Source of the DNA: Octopus sinensis
Lineage: Eukaryota
Assembly (NCBI RefSeq): GCF_006345805.1
Contig: NC_043018.1
Span: 16,988,001-17,052,000 of the forward strand
Direction of reading: 5' to 3'
Length of the DNA: 64,000 bases
The position numbers were made by a program, and so were the translations under genes. This document shows, one piece after another, positions 1 through 11,831 of the stretch (positions within the stretch are counted from its first letter, which is position 1; each line of letters opens with the position of its first letter). The notes below the pieces were generated by a model. That model was not told where the DNA came from and searched no databases. It was given only the letters and a program-made list of their open reading frames with translations.

Positions 1-2059
1 ATTGTCTATATGTGAGTGTAGAAATATAAGTATACAAATATGTATGTATATATGAACTCATGTATGTGTCTTTCAATTTACACCATGTATGTGTGTATAG
101 ATCACATTTGAAACACGTGCTTACAAAACAAATACACACACACACACATATCCTTATCCTTGCAATAAGTGATCAAAGTTTCCCCCGCCAGCAATACACT
201 AAATCTCGGAAGAAAAGTTAGAGCGTTGAACAAAATAACTTGTGGTATTTGTTTCTAGGGAGACAACCGTCTCCCTTGAAATTTTAAATCCGGCCCTAAT
301 AATATTTGCATTTAATTTTCCAAGGACGATAAAATAAACTTCCAACTAGACTAAAAACGCTGGATTATTGGGGTTGCAGACCCTGTCCTAATCTGTCCCC
401 ATATAGGCATTTTCACAGGAGCGTTGATGGATTTAACGGGGTCTAAATTGCAAGAAGCATTTTGAGTAACTCGGGAACTCTGGAATATACGGATCTTGGA
501 CAACTGTGCAAACCTGTCCACCCATTCTTAAATAGCGGAACACGATTTGAAGGGGTTTTAGTTGTTATTTCTAGCAAGTGGATCGATTGCCTGTACGATA
601 TTTCTGTTCTTTTAAACATATTTGTGAAACGAGGGTAATTAGACTGCTAATTAGAGTAAATCTATTTACCACGTAAATCCTCATCAGTTGTGTAATGTTG
701 TGAAACCCTCCAAAACTAACCCTTCTACTGTGAACCATTTCCGTGTAATGTATTGCAGTCGATTAACTTCAGGACATTCACGAAAGACTCTCGTGAATAA
801 GTCACTCCGGCCGTGACCATCCTGTCTATATTTTGTCTTTCAGACATCGATATACTGTCTAGAGGATCACTATAGGTAATAATCTGAGGGAGAGTTGGCT
901 GTTATTTCTTAACTAGCTGTTATTTCTTAAGCAGCCATGCAAACGACTCCCTGTTTGTTTAAAGAAGAGTTACCTGTCTTTCCTTTGATGTGTATTGATT
1001 ACTGGCAGTGGGAGACTCTAAGAAATCGTACAACCTAGTCAAAATAGCAGCTAAATAACTCTCAAATCACGCCCAGTATCATTAAAATAATAATATCATT
1101 AAAATTATGTAATGACGGGTTATATATCCATAGAAACGCTGAATGGCTATGACTGGAACACCTTCATTCATGAATCTTTTCAATCAAACCCGATCTGAGA
1201 TTAAAGAGTAATTACGATTAGGTTTCGAAAGCGAGTCTCTAATTTCGTTTATGTGGAGTTAGGCTAAACTACGGTTATTGCTTCAAGAGTAAGTAAACGT
1301 TAAACTCTTCATATATCTTCTCTCTCTCTGTCTCTCTGTCTCTCTCTATCTCTTACTCCTCTCCCTGTATAATTGTGTGTGTATACACCTCCCGCTTCTA
1401 TCTTTCTATCTTTCATTCTCTTTCTCAAGGGAATTAAAAAATGTCTGCCGCTGTCAACAGTTGAAACATGTCATATCACTATCACCAATCAAAACCATCA
1501 GTCCTATCTTGATACACATGGAATAAAGTCGATACACAACAAATATCTAGATAAACATGTACACACGTTACACACACACACACACACACACACATACACA
1601 CAATCAGTGACACGTATACACGTGAATGTAACCCACATGCTAGAGGTGGTATTCGATATTTTAAAGGTCAAATATTGTGATTCGTAAATAATTATAGTTT
1701 TATTGATGTAAATAATTACAGAGCTTGAAGTGATATCGGAGGAGGTTGTGATTAGAATCTTTTTAGCGTGTTGACATTTCTAAGACTTTCACTTTGGGTT
1801 TCGCTTCGGGTGACGCTTCTGTTTTGGGTTAAGGTTGTTGTTGTATACCCTCGGCTTATTGAGGATCAGCACGTCTATTAGAGTCGCTGTTAGGTGCTTG
1901 TGCGTGTGTGTGTGCGTGTGTGTATGTATGTACGTTGCATATATATCTATGTGTGTGTGTACATTTTAAATGGATCTCCATCGGTTTCAGAGGTCGGTAT
2001 TCAGTTATTCAATCAATTAAACAATTTTCACATTGACTGAGTATTCCATAGATATGTAC

Positions 2060-2101
2060 CACTAGCACTATGACCCGGCGTTCCCGGGTCTAGTGCTAGT
2101 G
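2060..2101. other. 42-bp hairpin/palindrome resembling a Helitron 3' terminus on both strands
   Basis: CACTAGCACTA(T)GACCCGG-CGTTC-CCGGGTCTAGTGCTAGTG: 18-bp stem, one bulge, 5-nt loop; each strand ends GC-rich hairpin...CTAG-T. Confidence 0.5.
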
Positions 2102-2499
2102 ATTGTTGTTCGTTGCCGGGTCGTAGTAAGAATTTCTCAGTAAGTCAAGAGCTAAGTTTCTTATCACATTTCAGCCCGGGCCAGTTTTGTAGCTTATGAA
2201 CTAGTTGGAGCTTTTTAATGAGAGAAATTAATATTCATTGGACTTCGGTTTTCATACCTTGAACGGCTTAATCATGGAAAATTAGCGGGACTGTGCACAT
2301 GCCATTAGTCGGACAAAATAGGAGGCATAAGAAAGCGAAAATCTCGAATTTGGCCGCAAAATAGCATGATTTTGAAAATACACATAAATCTCGTTCTGCG
2401 CAATCAGTGTCGCAACGGGAACGCATGGAATGGGCGTTTGACTGGCAGAGGTGATCAAGTTGCATATGCCAGCGCTTTTAACACCAACCCCACTCACCT

Positions 2500-2551
2500 A
2501 ACCCCGTGAGGTTGGGAAGAAATCTTCATACCATACAGCCACGCCTGCGCC
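2500..2551 (-). mobile_element. Degenerate head fragment of SINE family A
   Basis: Minus strand AGGCGCAGGCGTGGCTGTATGGTATGAAGATTTCTTCCCAACC aligns with the family A head TAGGCGCAGGAGTGGCTGTGTGGTAAG seen at 32347. Confidence 0.55.
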
Positions 2552-3272
2552 TGTATGTGTGTGTATGTCTGTGCTCTTGTGCGTATGTGTGTCTGTGTGT
2601 TCGTGTCCTTCTGCATGTGTGTGTGTGTGTTCGTGTTCATATGTGTGCGTTCGCGTGTATGTGCGCGCGCGCGTTTGTGTATATATATATTTGAAATAAC
2701 TCCATACATGTCTGTGTTATATAGGAATATGTCGAAGTTCGGTCATTTTAATGATTCTTCATGCCTTCTTATTAATCTGTTTAGTTCCTTTCAGAACGAC
2801 AACCTTCCTAATTCCATTCGGTTGGCCATTCAAATCCTCTGCAATATGAATAGGACAATGATAAGACTTCACGTTCTACAATAAAGCCACGAAGGGAGGC
2901 TCCAGCGAATAATTTTATGATTGACAAAGTGCACAACACCGGATTTAAAATTGCAAATCCTAGTAGATTTCAGGATAAATCTCTTTACGTGATTATATCT
3001 TTGAGTTTAAATTTTCATCGACAAATGAAGGGTTAAATACGAAAATCATGAACGCAAAACTGACAAATAATAATGGCTACATACACAGATTAATTAGTAG
3101 AATCCGACAGACAACGACGCGTTAATCTATACTGATACGAATACAGATTCCATTAAATAAGGTCTGTAAACTCATACAAAATAATAAGAACCTTAATGCG
3201 TGGTGGTTATTCAATGGATTGAGATATCATTAAAATCTGTCGAACAGCTAACCACAATGGCATTCCTATCTT

Positions 3273-3537
3273 CTTTTACTTCTTTCAGTCAACAGACTGC
3301 GGCCATGTTGGGGCACCGCCTTGAATTTTGAGTCGAATAAATAAATCGACCCCAGGACTGCTATTTTTAACGCATGGTACTTATTCCATAGATCTCTTTT
3401 GCCAAACCACAAGGTCACAGATGTAGAAATAGACCAACACCGGTTATCACTCGGTGATGGTGGACAAATACAGGCAAACAGGCAAACATACAGAGGTACA
3501 TGTATAGATACATACATATATACATACATATATATAT

Positions 3538-3610
<73 letters not shown>

Positions 3611-3617
3611 TATATAT

Positions 3618-3648
<31 letters not shown>

Positions 3649-3698
3649 GTGTGTATATATATATATATATATACATACATATATACATACATATATAT

Positions 3699-3760
<62 letters not shown>

Positions 3761-3931
3761 CACACACACACGCGATGGGCTTCTTTCAATTTCCGTCTAC
3801 CAAATCCACTCACTAGGCTTTGGTCGGCCGGGGGCTATAGTAGAAGGCACTTGCCGAAGGTGCCACGCAGTGAGACAGACTCTGGGATTATAGGATTGGG
3901 AAGCAAGCTTCTTACCGCACAGCTACGCCTA
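3273..3931 (-). mobile_element. tRNA-derived SINE family A, diverged, with expanded internal (TA)n/(GATA)n
   Basis: Both halves match other family A copies (GACTGCGGCCATG...CACCGCC tail; CCGTCTACCAAATCCACTCAC...CACTTGCC.AAGGTGCCACGCAGTG head side). Confidence 0.85.
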
Positions 3932-4226
3932 TTTACAGTTATTTAGAAGAAAATCAGAATGGAAATTCTATTCACGCGAAACTGCAAACTTAACAGACCA
4001 CGGACTGACCTTCGAGCAAAATCTGGGATACAAAACTTTCAATGTGTATATATATAATGTACATTTTGAAGCATTTATAGCAGACATACTTCTACGACAC
4101 TTCCTGTTTGGGCTACTCTGCACGTGCAAGACGCTGACATTGCAACTCATTATATATGCAGAACATAAAATAGAATTTAATACAAAATATTGGCTGACAG
4201 CATCAAACTTAAGTTAAATAGCTACA

Positions 4227-4285
<59 letters not shown>

Positions 4286-4298
4286 ACATATGTCTACG

Positions 4299-4649
4299 TC
4301 CCAGAGACCGCAAGATGGAAGAAGTCCGAAATGTGGTCCTTTGCTAATCGTAAAACCCGCAGAAGAGAAACCAGGTCAACCCCCGACACCGAGAGCATCG
4401 ACGGATGGCTGAATGCACATCCAGGCTTAGCGGTTGCCTAGGAAGTCAGGGACAAGAAACAGGAAGAAAGAGTGAGAGAAATTTGGAGCGAAAGAGTACA
4501 ACAGAGGTCGCCACCAACCACTGTCGAAGCCTCGTTGAGCTTTAGGTGTTTTCGCTCAATAAACCGACACAACGCGCAGTCTGGGTTATCGAAACCGCGA
4601 TCCTCCGACCGCGAGTCCGCTGCCCTAACCATTGGGCCATTGCGCCTCC
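4299..4649 (-). mobile_element. SINE family C head (tRNA-Arg-like) joined to an alternative 3' module
   Basis: 4443-4649 is the reverse complement of the head/body at 33483 (GGAGGCGCAATGGCCCA.TGGTTAGGGCAGCGGACTCGCGGTCG...). It then diverges into a different GC-rich tail (4299-4442). Confidence 0.8.
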
Positions 4650-5129
4650 GACTGCTGCTACAAAGGTTAGAGCTCCACGCACATTATCATCTTTCAATCT
4701 GCTTCCAGTTGAATGATTCATGTTTCTACTAACAATAGATCAAATGTAGATATATAAAACTTGATTTCATTTGTTCCAACGTACGTTTTATCATTGGGGT
4801 TGTTTAAAATCCTTCCTTGGATCCTGCAAGTGTAATTGCCTCCTTAACCACAACTGACGATAGGGGAATCCTATACTGCATTATTTTACAGAGACTGTTC
4901 CTGCTGCAACATTCCAACTGCAGGATCTCAAACAACCACAATGCTTAAAAGCGTGGACGGACAAATGATATAAACGTGTATTTATTGCAATTTCTCCTGT
5001 ATAGACGTGTCAACGTAGGAAGCTGTCGACTCTTATCAGTTTGTTGTGTGTCAAGTGCGACTTATCGAAACTGTCCGCCCTTGAATCAAATCACACGAGA
5101 TTCTATTAAGATATTAAGCCGGTGCTGCT

Positions 5130-5220
5130 ATAAGCACGAGGAATGAAATTTGGGGGAAACGGGCTAGTCAAATATATTGATCCCAGTGCTCAACTGGTAC
5201 TTATTTTATCGACCCCTTCA
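5130..5220 (-). mobile_element. SINE family D fragment (3' part)
   Basis: GATCCCAGTGCTCAACTGGTACTTATTTTATCGACCCC matches the family D body (e.g. 32857-32900). Confidence 0.65.
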
Positions 5221-5689
5221 GAAAAGCATTTGACATGAGAACATAACGCTGACGAATTGCCCCTAAGCATTTAGTCAGGTGTCTGTGAAGGGAAAATATA
5301 AACACTTGTTTCCAGTTCTCTTTTCCGGTTTGTAACACCAAATAATATAAGATGCTGATGATGATGATCATGATGAGGATGATCATAAACTACCAGGATT
5401 TATGGTCGCATAGCTTTCCGTTCAACGTTGAAGATATTATCAGTAATAAAATTACGCCCATAATATTTATGGCTGCCGCCATTAAAATAGTCTCACTTGT
5501 AAATGAGATTTCGAAAGTCTCAACGCATCAGACGAAAGTATTGAAGAATGTCTCTTTCCTTTCAAACCAAACATAAAGACTAAGGAAGGAGAGAGGAAGA
5601 GCTTTTAAGCAAAGAACCAAGATGGATATTGTCAGGTGTTTAACGTAGCTTGTTAAAAAAAATTATTCTTCCTCATTTGCATGCAAGCA

Positions 5690-6058
5690 TGTGTGTGTGT
5701 GTGTGTGAGTGAGTGTGTGTGTGTGTGTTGTGTGTGTGTGAGTGTGGTGTGTGTGAGTGTGTGTGTGTGTGAGTGTAAGTGTGTGTGAGTGTGTGTGAGT
5801 GTGTGTGTGTGTGAGTGTGTGTGAGGGTGTGTGGGTGTGTGAGTGTGTGTGAGTGTGTGTGTGAGTGTATGTGAGTGTGTCAGTGTGTGTGTGTATGTGA
5901 ATGTGTGTGTGAGTGTGTGTGTGAGTGTGTGTGTGAGTGTGTGTGTGAGTGTGTGTGTGTGTGTGAGTGTGTATGTGTGAGTGAGTGTGTATGTGTGTGT
6001 GAGAGTGTGTGTGAGTGTGTTGTGTGTGTGTGTGCGTGTGTGTGTGTTGTGTGTGTCT
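5690..6058. repeat. Imperfect (GT)n/(GTGA)n microsatellite
   Basis: Directly visible. Confidence 0.95.
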
Positions 6059-6196
6059 CAGTCTATGTGTGCTGACATTTGAATGTGCAAAACCTCACGC
6101 GGGAAATAATTCATGCTTATTTCCATAAGTGACATTCGTAAAAAAAAATGATAGATGCAAAACAGTTTTCATACTTTACAATTATTTAAACATAGT

Positions 6197-6544
6197 GTCT
6201 GCTCCTGTGCTTCCGTGTACGCATATAAGCATCACACACACACACATACACACACACACAACACACACACACACAATCACACACACACACAATCACACAC
6301 ACACACACAATCACACACACGGACACACACACATTCACACACATGTATGTATGTTTGTGTATATATATATTGTCTGCTCCTGTGTTTCTGTGTACATATA
6401 AGTATCACACACACAAACACACAACACACACTCACTCACACACACAGACACACACACATTCACACACACGTTCACACACATGTATGTATGTTTGTGTATA
6501 TATATATATTGTCTGCTCCTGTGCTTCCGTGTACATATAAGTAT

Positions 6545-6575
<31 letters not shown>

Positions 6576-7190
6576 GTACACACATTCACACACATGTATG
6601 TATGTTTGTGTATATATATTGTCTGCTCCTGTGCTTCCGTGTACATATAAGTAACATACACACACACACACACACAACACACACACGGACACACACACTC
6701 ACACACATGTATGTATGTTTGTGTATATATATATTGTCTGCTCCTGTACTTCCATGTGCATATAAGTATCATACACACAAACACACACACACACTCACGC
6801 ACGCACACACATTCACACACATATATGTATGTTTGTGTATATATATATATATTGTCTGCTCCTGTACTTCCGTGTGCATATAAGTATCACACACACACAC
6901 ACACACACACCACACACACACGTACACACATTCACACACATGTAATGTATGTTTGTGTATATATATATATATTGTCTGCTCCTGTACTTCCGTTGCATAT
7001 AGTATCATACACACACAGCACACACACACACACACACACACGTACACACATTCACACACATGTATGTATGTTTGTGTATATATATATATATTGTCTGCTC
7101 CTGTACTTCCGTGTGCATATAAGTATCACACACACACACACTCACACACAGATTCACACACATGTATGTATGTTTGTGTATATGGATGTG
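6197..7190. repeat. Compound minisatellite: 8 copies of a conserved ~75-bp block separated by variable (CA)n
   Basis: GTCTGCTCCTGT starts at 6197, 6372, 6511, 6621, 6736, 6854, 6974 and 7093 (periods 110-175 bp). Confidence 0.95.
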
Positions 7191-7429
7191 CGAACATACA
7201 AACATATATGTATCCATATATACACATGTATACACACACACACTGCGTAGAAATATATGTAGTCATGTGTGTGTGTGTGTGCTCTGTTTACATAAGCATT
7301 ATATATGCATTATTTGGTTCAAATTGACACTGGCGACAATAGAAGATATAAGTGGATTTACAGTAAATATGATGCGTATTAAACGCCCCAATTTTTGAGC
7401 AAATTGACCGCTTCTTGCAAATATATATA

Positions 7430-7558
7430 TTGTTATTATTACTGTTGTTGTTGTTGTGTTGTTGTTGTTGTTTGTTGTTGTTATTATTATCATATATTAT
7501 TATATTATTTATTATCATTATTATTAGTATATTATTATTACTATTACTATTACTATAC

Positions 7559-7601
<43 letters not shown>

Positions 7602-7907
7602 ATTATTGTTATTATTATTATACTATATTATTATTATTTTATTATTATCATTATTATTATTATTATTATAATTATTATTATTATTACTATTACTATTACT
7701 ATTACTATTATTATTATTATTATTATTGCTATTATTATTATTATTATTATTACTATTATTACTACTACTATTATTATTATTATGATTATTATTATTATAT
7801 ATTATTATTATTATTATTATTATTACTATTACTATTACTATTATTATTATTATTATTATTATTGCTATTATTATTATTATTATTATTACTATTATTACTA
7901 CTACTAC

Positions 7908-7940
<33 letters not shown>
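7430..7940. repeat. (ATT)n/(GTT)n/(ACT)n trinucleotide microsatellite
   Basis: Directly visible. Confidence 0.95.
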
Positions 7941-8540
7941 GTCTTAAAACATTTCAGAGACATTGCACCAATAAATTTAGCATTACATTATTCATGAAGC
8001 AAAAAACAGGCCAAAGTCTCAAACCGGTGCCGCCACCAACGGCATCGTGTGAAAATGATCAGGTCTACGACTCTTAAGTTGTACGTATTCATATTTATAA
8101 GTTTAAAGATTAGTTGAAATATATTGCCGTGGGGTATTCTAAGTAATTCGCACGTTCACAGTTTTGCTTATCTCTCACCACTTCCGCTTGTTTATATCCT
8201 CTATTTGTATGGTTTACATATCTCTTATTTGTACATGCCTATATTCGTATGGATCTACAAACATGTGTATGTTTTATCACTACTATCTGTTTGTAGTTGT
8301 ATTGCATTTAATTTGCACTAATTTTCGGTTTCCTTCTTTACATCTTCCCATAATGTGACAGCCATATTTGTCGCTTGTTATTCGCATTTTTCAGTTAACA
8401 CTTTTTATTTTATACTTTTCTAAAATTTTCAGAAACAAGACTCTTGTTGGTGCTATTAAAAGAAAATTGAATGTGTCAATTGTACGCCACTTACTTTTGT
8501 AAATTTATAATCTTTAGTGTTTACAAGATAAAATGTTTAC

Positions 8541-8740
8541 AGCCAGGGATTGCTGTGTGGTAAGAAGCTTCCTTCCCAACCACATGGCTCCGGGTTCAGT
8601 CCCACTGCGTGGCACTTTGGGCAACTGTCTTCTACTCTGTCCTCGGCCCGATCAAGGCCTTGTGAGTCAATTTGGAGGACGGAAACTGTAAAGCCCGTCG
8701 TTTATATATATATATATGCATATTTATGTGTGTGTGTGAC
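8541..8740 (+). mobile_element. SINE family A, 5' half
   Basis: GCTGTGTGGTAAGAAGCTT...GGGTTCAGTCCCACTGCGTGGCACTTTGGGCAA...GACGGAAACTG..AAGCCCGTCG then (TA)n; A- and B-box-like motifs present. Confidence 0.85.
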
Positions 8741-8744
8741 TTTG

Positions 8745-9257
8745 TGGTGCTGGATTGCCTCAAGTTCCGCCACGAGCTTGATGCACTCCGGTGACCACAG
8801 TTGGGAGCAATAATCCAGACAACTGAGAATTAATGTTCTCCATAGGTATAGTAAGGTATTCTTATTTCTGCTTCTGAATGACCTAAGAATCCATCCAGTA
8901 ACTTACCTGTACCATGCTGCCATCTTGGTAATATGCACATGGAATGTTGCATCATGGGAATTCTCATGTCACTCCGAATCAAACTCAGGAATTGCACTGC
9001 CTCTTGCTCCCCTGTATTCCGATTGAAGTCTGTCTGTGGTCTGTAGGCGGAGGGTTTAAAACTTAGCATCACCGAACTGCACGTTATATTTCATCAGGTC
9101 ATTTGTATGCATGCAGACATCTCGTTTTGCAGTTTTAGTATGTTATGAGGGTCGATGACCGTGGCTGGTGAGAGTGGTTGACTGTACAACTGTGGAGAAA
9201 ATGTAAGCAGTTGTAGACCGAGTACAATTCCCTGAAGAACTCCACTACTCCACTATG
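8745..9257 (-). mobile_element. CR1/L2-type LINE reverse-transcriptase C-terminal fragment (pseudogenised)
   Basis: Minus-strand translation across stops and shifts: SGVLQGIVLG (RT VPQGxVLGP motif)...MKYNVQFGDAKF...DATFHVHITKM...VTGWILRSFRSR...LWRTLILSCLDYCSQLWSPECIKLVAELEAIQ. This is the characteristic GWILRxF...LDYCSxxWSP stretch of CR1/L2 ORF2. Confidence 0.85.
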
Positions 9258-9259
9258 TT

Positions 9260-9539
9260 ATAATTATATAATATTATTATATATATATATATATATTATA
9301 TACATATATATACAAATATATATATATATTATATACATATATATATATGCATATATATATATGCATATATATGTGTATATATGAATATATATTATATATA
9401 TATATATATACTATATATATACAAATATATATATATATATATATTATATATATACATATATATATATACAAATATATATATACATATATATATGCATATA
9501 TGTATACATATATACATATATATATGCATATATATGTGT

Positions 9540-9589
<50 letters not shown>

Positions 9590-9645
9590 GCATATATATG
9601 TCATACATACCTACACACATACATGCATATGTACATATGTGTGTG
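9260..9645. repeat. Imperfect (TA)n microsatellite
   Basis: Directly visible. Confidence 0.95.
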
Positions 9646-10867
9646 TGAGTGTCCGCACGCCTTTGCAGACGGTTGAAATTAGCGAGAAACGAAAGCAATG
9701 TTTGTGACCTCTATGAAAATCCGATGCTGCAGAGCCGTCCATTATCAACCATCTTTATTTCAACTTTGTAAAACAAGAATCTCTATAATATTTATTTCAC
9801 GTAGTCTCCAGTTAAAATTTTCTTGCAAAATTTCAATATTCTGTGGTTGTGAAAGTAATATAGTCTTAGTTGTATGTGTTCTTACTAATTTTACCTTCCT
9901 TTTAGTTTGGCCAAGAAAGACTATAAACCGATGCTAAGCTTACGGATGTAGCCATCCAATCTTTTTCTTTCCTTTGATATTGTAATTTGGACTCTATCAG
10001 CCTAAACTTCTTTCAGTTTTTTGAAAGCAGCGATGTAATTCGAGAAAGATTTCATTGCTTTTTATAACAGATGGAATGGCAACGAATAGTCTCCATCGTT
10101 GGATAATGTCGGTTTATGTGATTGAGTATGTGTTTGTGAATGTGTGCGGATGTTTGTGCGCGTTTGTGACTTTTCACATCTACGTCTTCAAATACTTGGA
10201 AGTATCATGTACACGAATTCGGCAGTTTTCTTCACCTATTTCTTGACGACATATCTTGAAATGGAAATTAACTTTGTTTCAGTTCAATTTACGATCCTAT
10301 GATGTGCCAACCTGCGCTGTCGATCTTTACTCTCACGCTGATGTTGCAGCTTTGATAATACTTATCTTTCCTAATGTAATTACAATCAGATAATAATGAC
10401 TATTACATCCCGATTACATATTTCCCCTCTTCTTTAGTTAATGATTCTAGTTTATATCATTTCGCCCTCTTTCCCTTGGTTCTTATAATCGCCAGTTGGC
10501 ACTAAGCTTTTCCATTCGCCTCTTCAAAATGCAATTTGCAAAGAGACAGCCGTAAGTGATGTCGTTAAATTTTCCTTCATAGAACAAATTGAACTGCATG
10601 TAATCTTGTCAAAATCTTCATAGGTTGAGCGTTTCGCCCCTGTTTTATGACATAAGCCACGAATTAAGACAGCATCATCACTTAATGGCCGCGGTTATTG
10701 GTGTCAGGCGTACAATGGTATCAGTTACTTCCCCTCATAAGTGTGTATGAAAATATGTGTGTGCACATGTATATACGGATATGCACGTGTATGAAGGCAT
10801 GTTTGTAAGTGGACATATGAAATGCATTTGAGCGATCAATCATACATACATACAAACATACATACAT

Positions 10868-10900
<33 letters not shown>

Positions 10901-10968
10901 ACACACATTAATGCGTGTAAATGTGGTTCAGTGAATCAGCTGAATATGTACACTTATATAAATATGTG

Positions 10969-11016
<48 letters not shown>

Positions 11017-11152
11017 AATAAGGATAAGATCGTCAATTTAAGGGCAATTAAGGTAGTTTTAGAGTCAGATCATGGCTGCTATTTTCAGCATGGTGGTATT
11101 TCGTAGATACCCTATTTAATAATTTTATATATATATATATATATTATATAAT

Positions 11153-11320
11153 TAGGACTTAGTAAAATAAATTACTTTGCCACATACTGAACTTAGTAGA
11201 AATAGCAGCCAAAAAAAATTTCTTAGCATTTCTACTACTTAAAAGAAAATTTCTCTCAGATAATGTTTACTCCAGACAGCCCACGAAGGTTTGGAGGTAA
11301 ATACAGAAAAATATCACAAG
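11153..11320 (+). mobile_element. Unclassified (TA)n-flanked dispersed repeat (family E)
   Basis: AGGACTTAGTAAAATAAATTACTTTGCCACATACTGAACT...AGAAATAGCAGCC aligns over ~150 bp with the reverse complement of 25330-25490; both copies abut (TA)n. Confidence 0.7.
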
Positions 11321-11610
11321 TACATAGATCGTTTGAGTACGTCAACGTTTCAAGATTAGCCAAATAAAATCAGCATTTCTTTCGTCAGGTCAAAATTTCT
11401 TAATTGGATTTGGAAACACTAAAAAGAAGGAACTTTTACCTATCAGCGAACTTGTCGCTTCAGTTGAACCTCTCCAACTAACAGTATCAACAAATTCAAA
11501 ATGCGCAGGCGTAAATCTCTGCAATCCCCTTCCACCACGTGGTCTATCTAGCAAACATTATATTTTAACCGCGAGAACCTAGGCAGTATGACCGAGAGAA
11601 ATGAATTATA

Positions 11611-11676
11611 ATATCAACAATTGAGGGTAAAATTAATTAATTAATTAATTAATTAATTAATTTTACCCTCAATTGT

Positions 11677-11682
<6 letters not shown>
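11611..11682. repeat. Perfect 72-bp palindrome with (TTAA)n centre
   Basis: ATATCAACAATTGAGGGTAAAATT(AATT)n...AATTTTACCCTCAATTGTTGATAT; all 36 pairs checked complementary, no spacer. Confidence 0.95.
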
Positions 11683-11714
<32 letters not shown>

Positions 11715-11792
11715 ATATATATATACTATATATATATATATATATATATATTACATATATACATATATACATATATACATACATATATATGT

Positions 11793-11831
<39 letters not shown>

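Noticed and set aside
2494-2551. Minus-strand exon with donor TTAG|GTGAGT
   Set aside because: The sequence is a decayed SINE A head next to a microsatellite.
4855-4880. CTGACGA followed by a TAGG/CCTA stem as a hammerhead
   Set aside because: No GAAA core or NUH/helix I downstream; other CTGANGA hits checked (e.g. ~41757, ~44051, ~57357) failed likewise.
6197-7190. CRISPR-like repeat/spacer appearance (also 22780-23075)
   Set aside because: The spacers are (CA)n or absent, the context is eukaryotic, and there are no cas genes.
8830-9072. Host protein exon (ORF ...SDMRIPMMQHSMCILPRWQHG)
   Set aside because: An alternative frame clearly encodes CR1/L2 reverse-transcriptase motifs.
10496-10551. 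56-nt plus-strand exon (pyrimidine tract-CAG ... GCC|GTAAGT)
   Set aside because: Splice signals are plausible, but there is no recognisable peptide and no compatible neighbouring exon; insufficient support.
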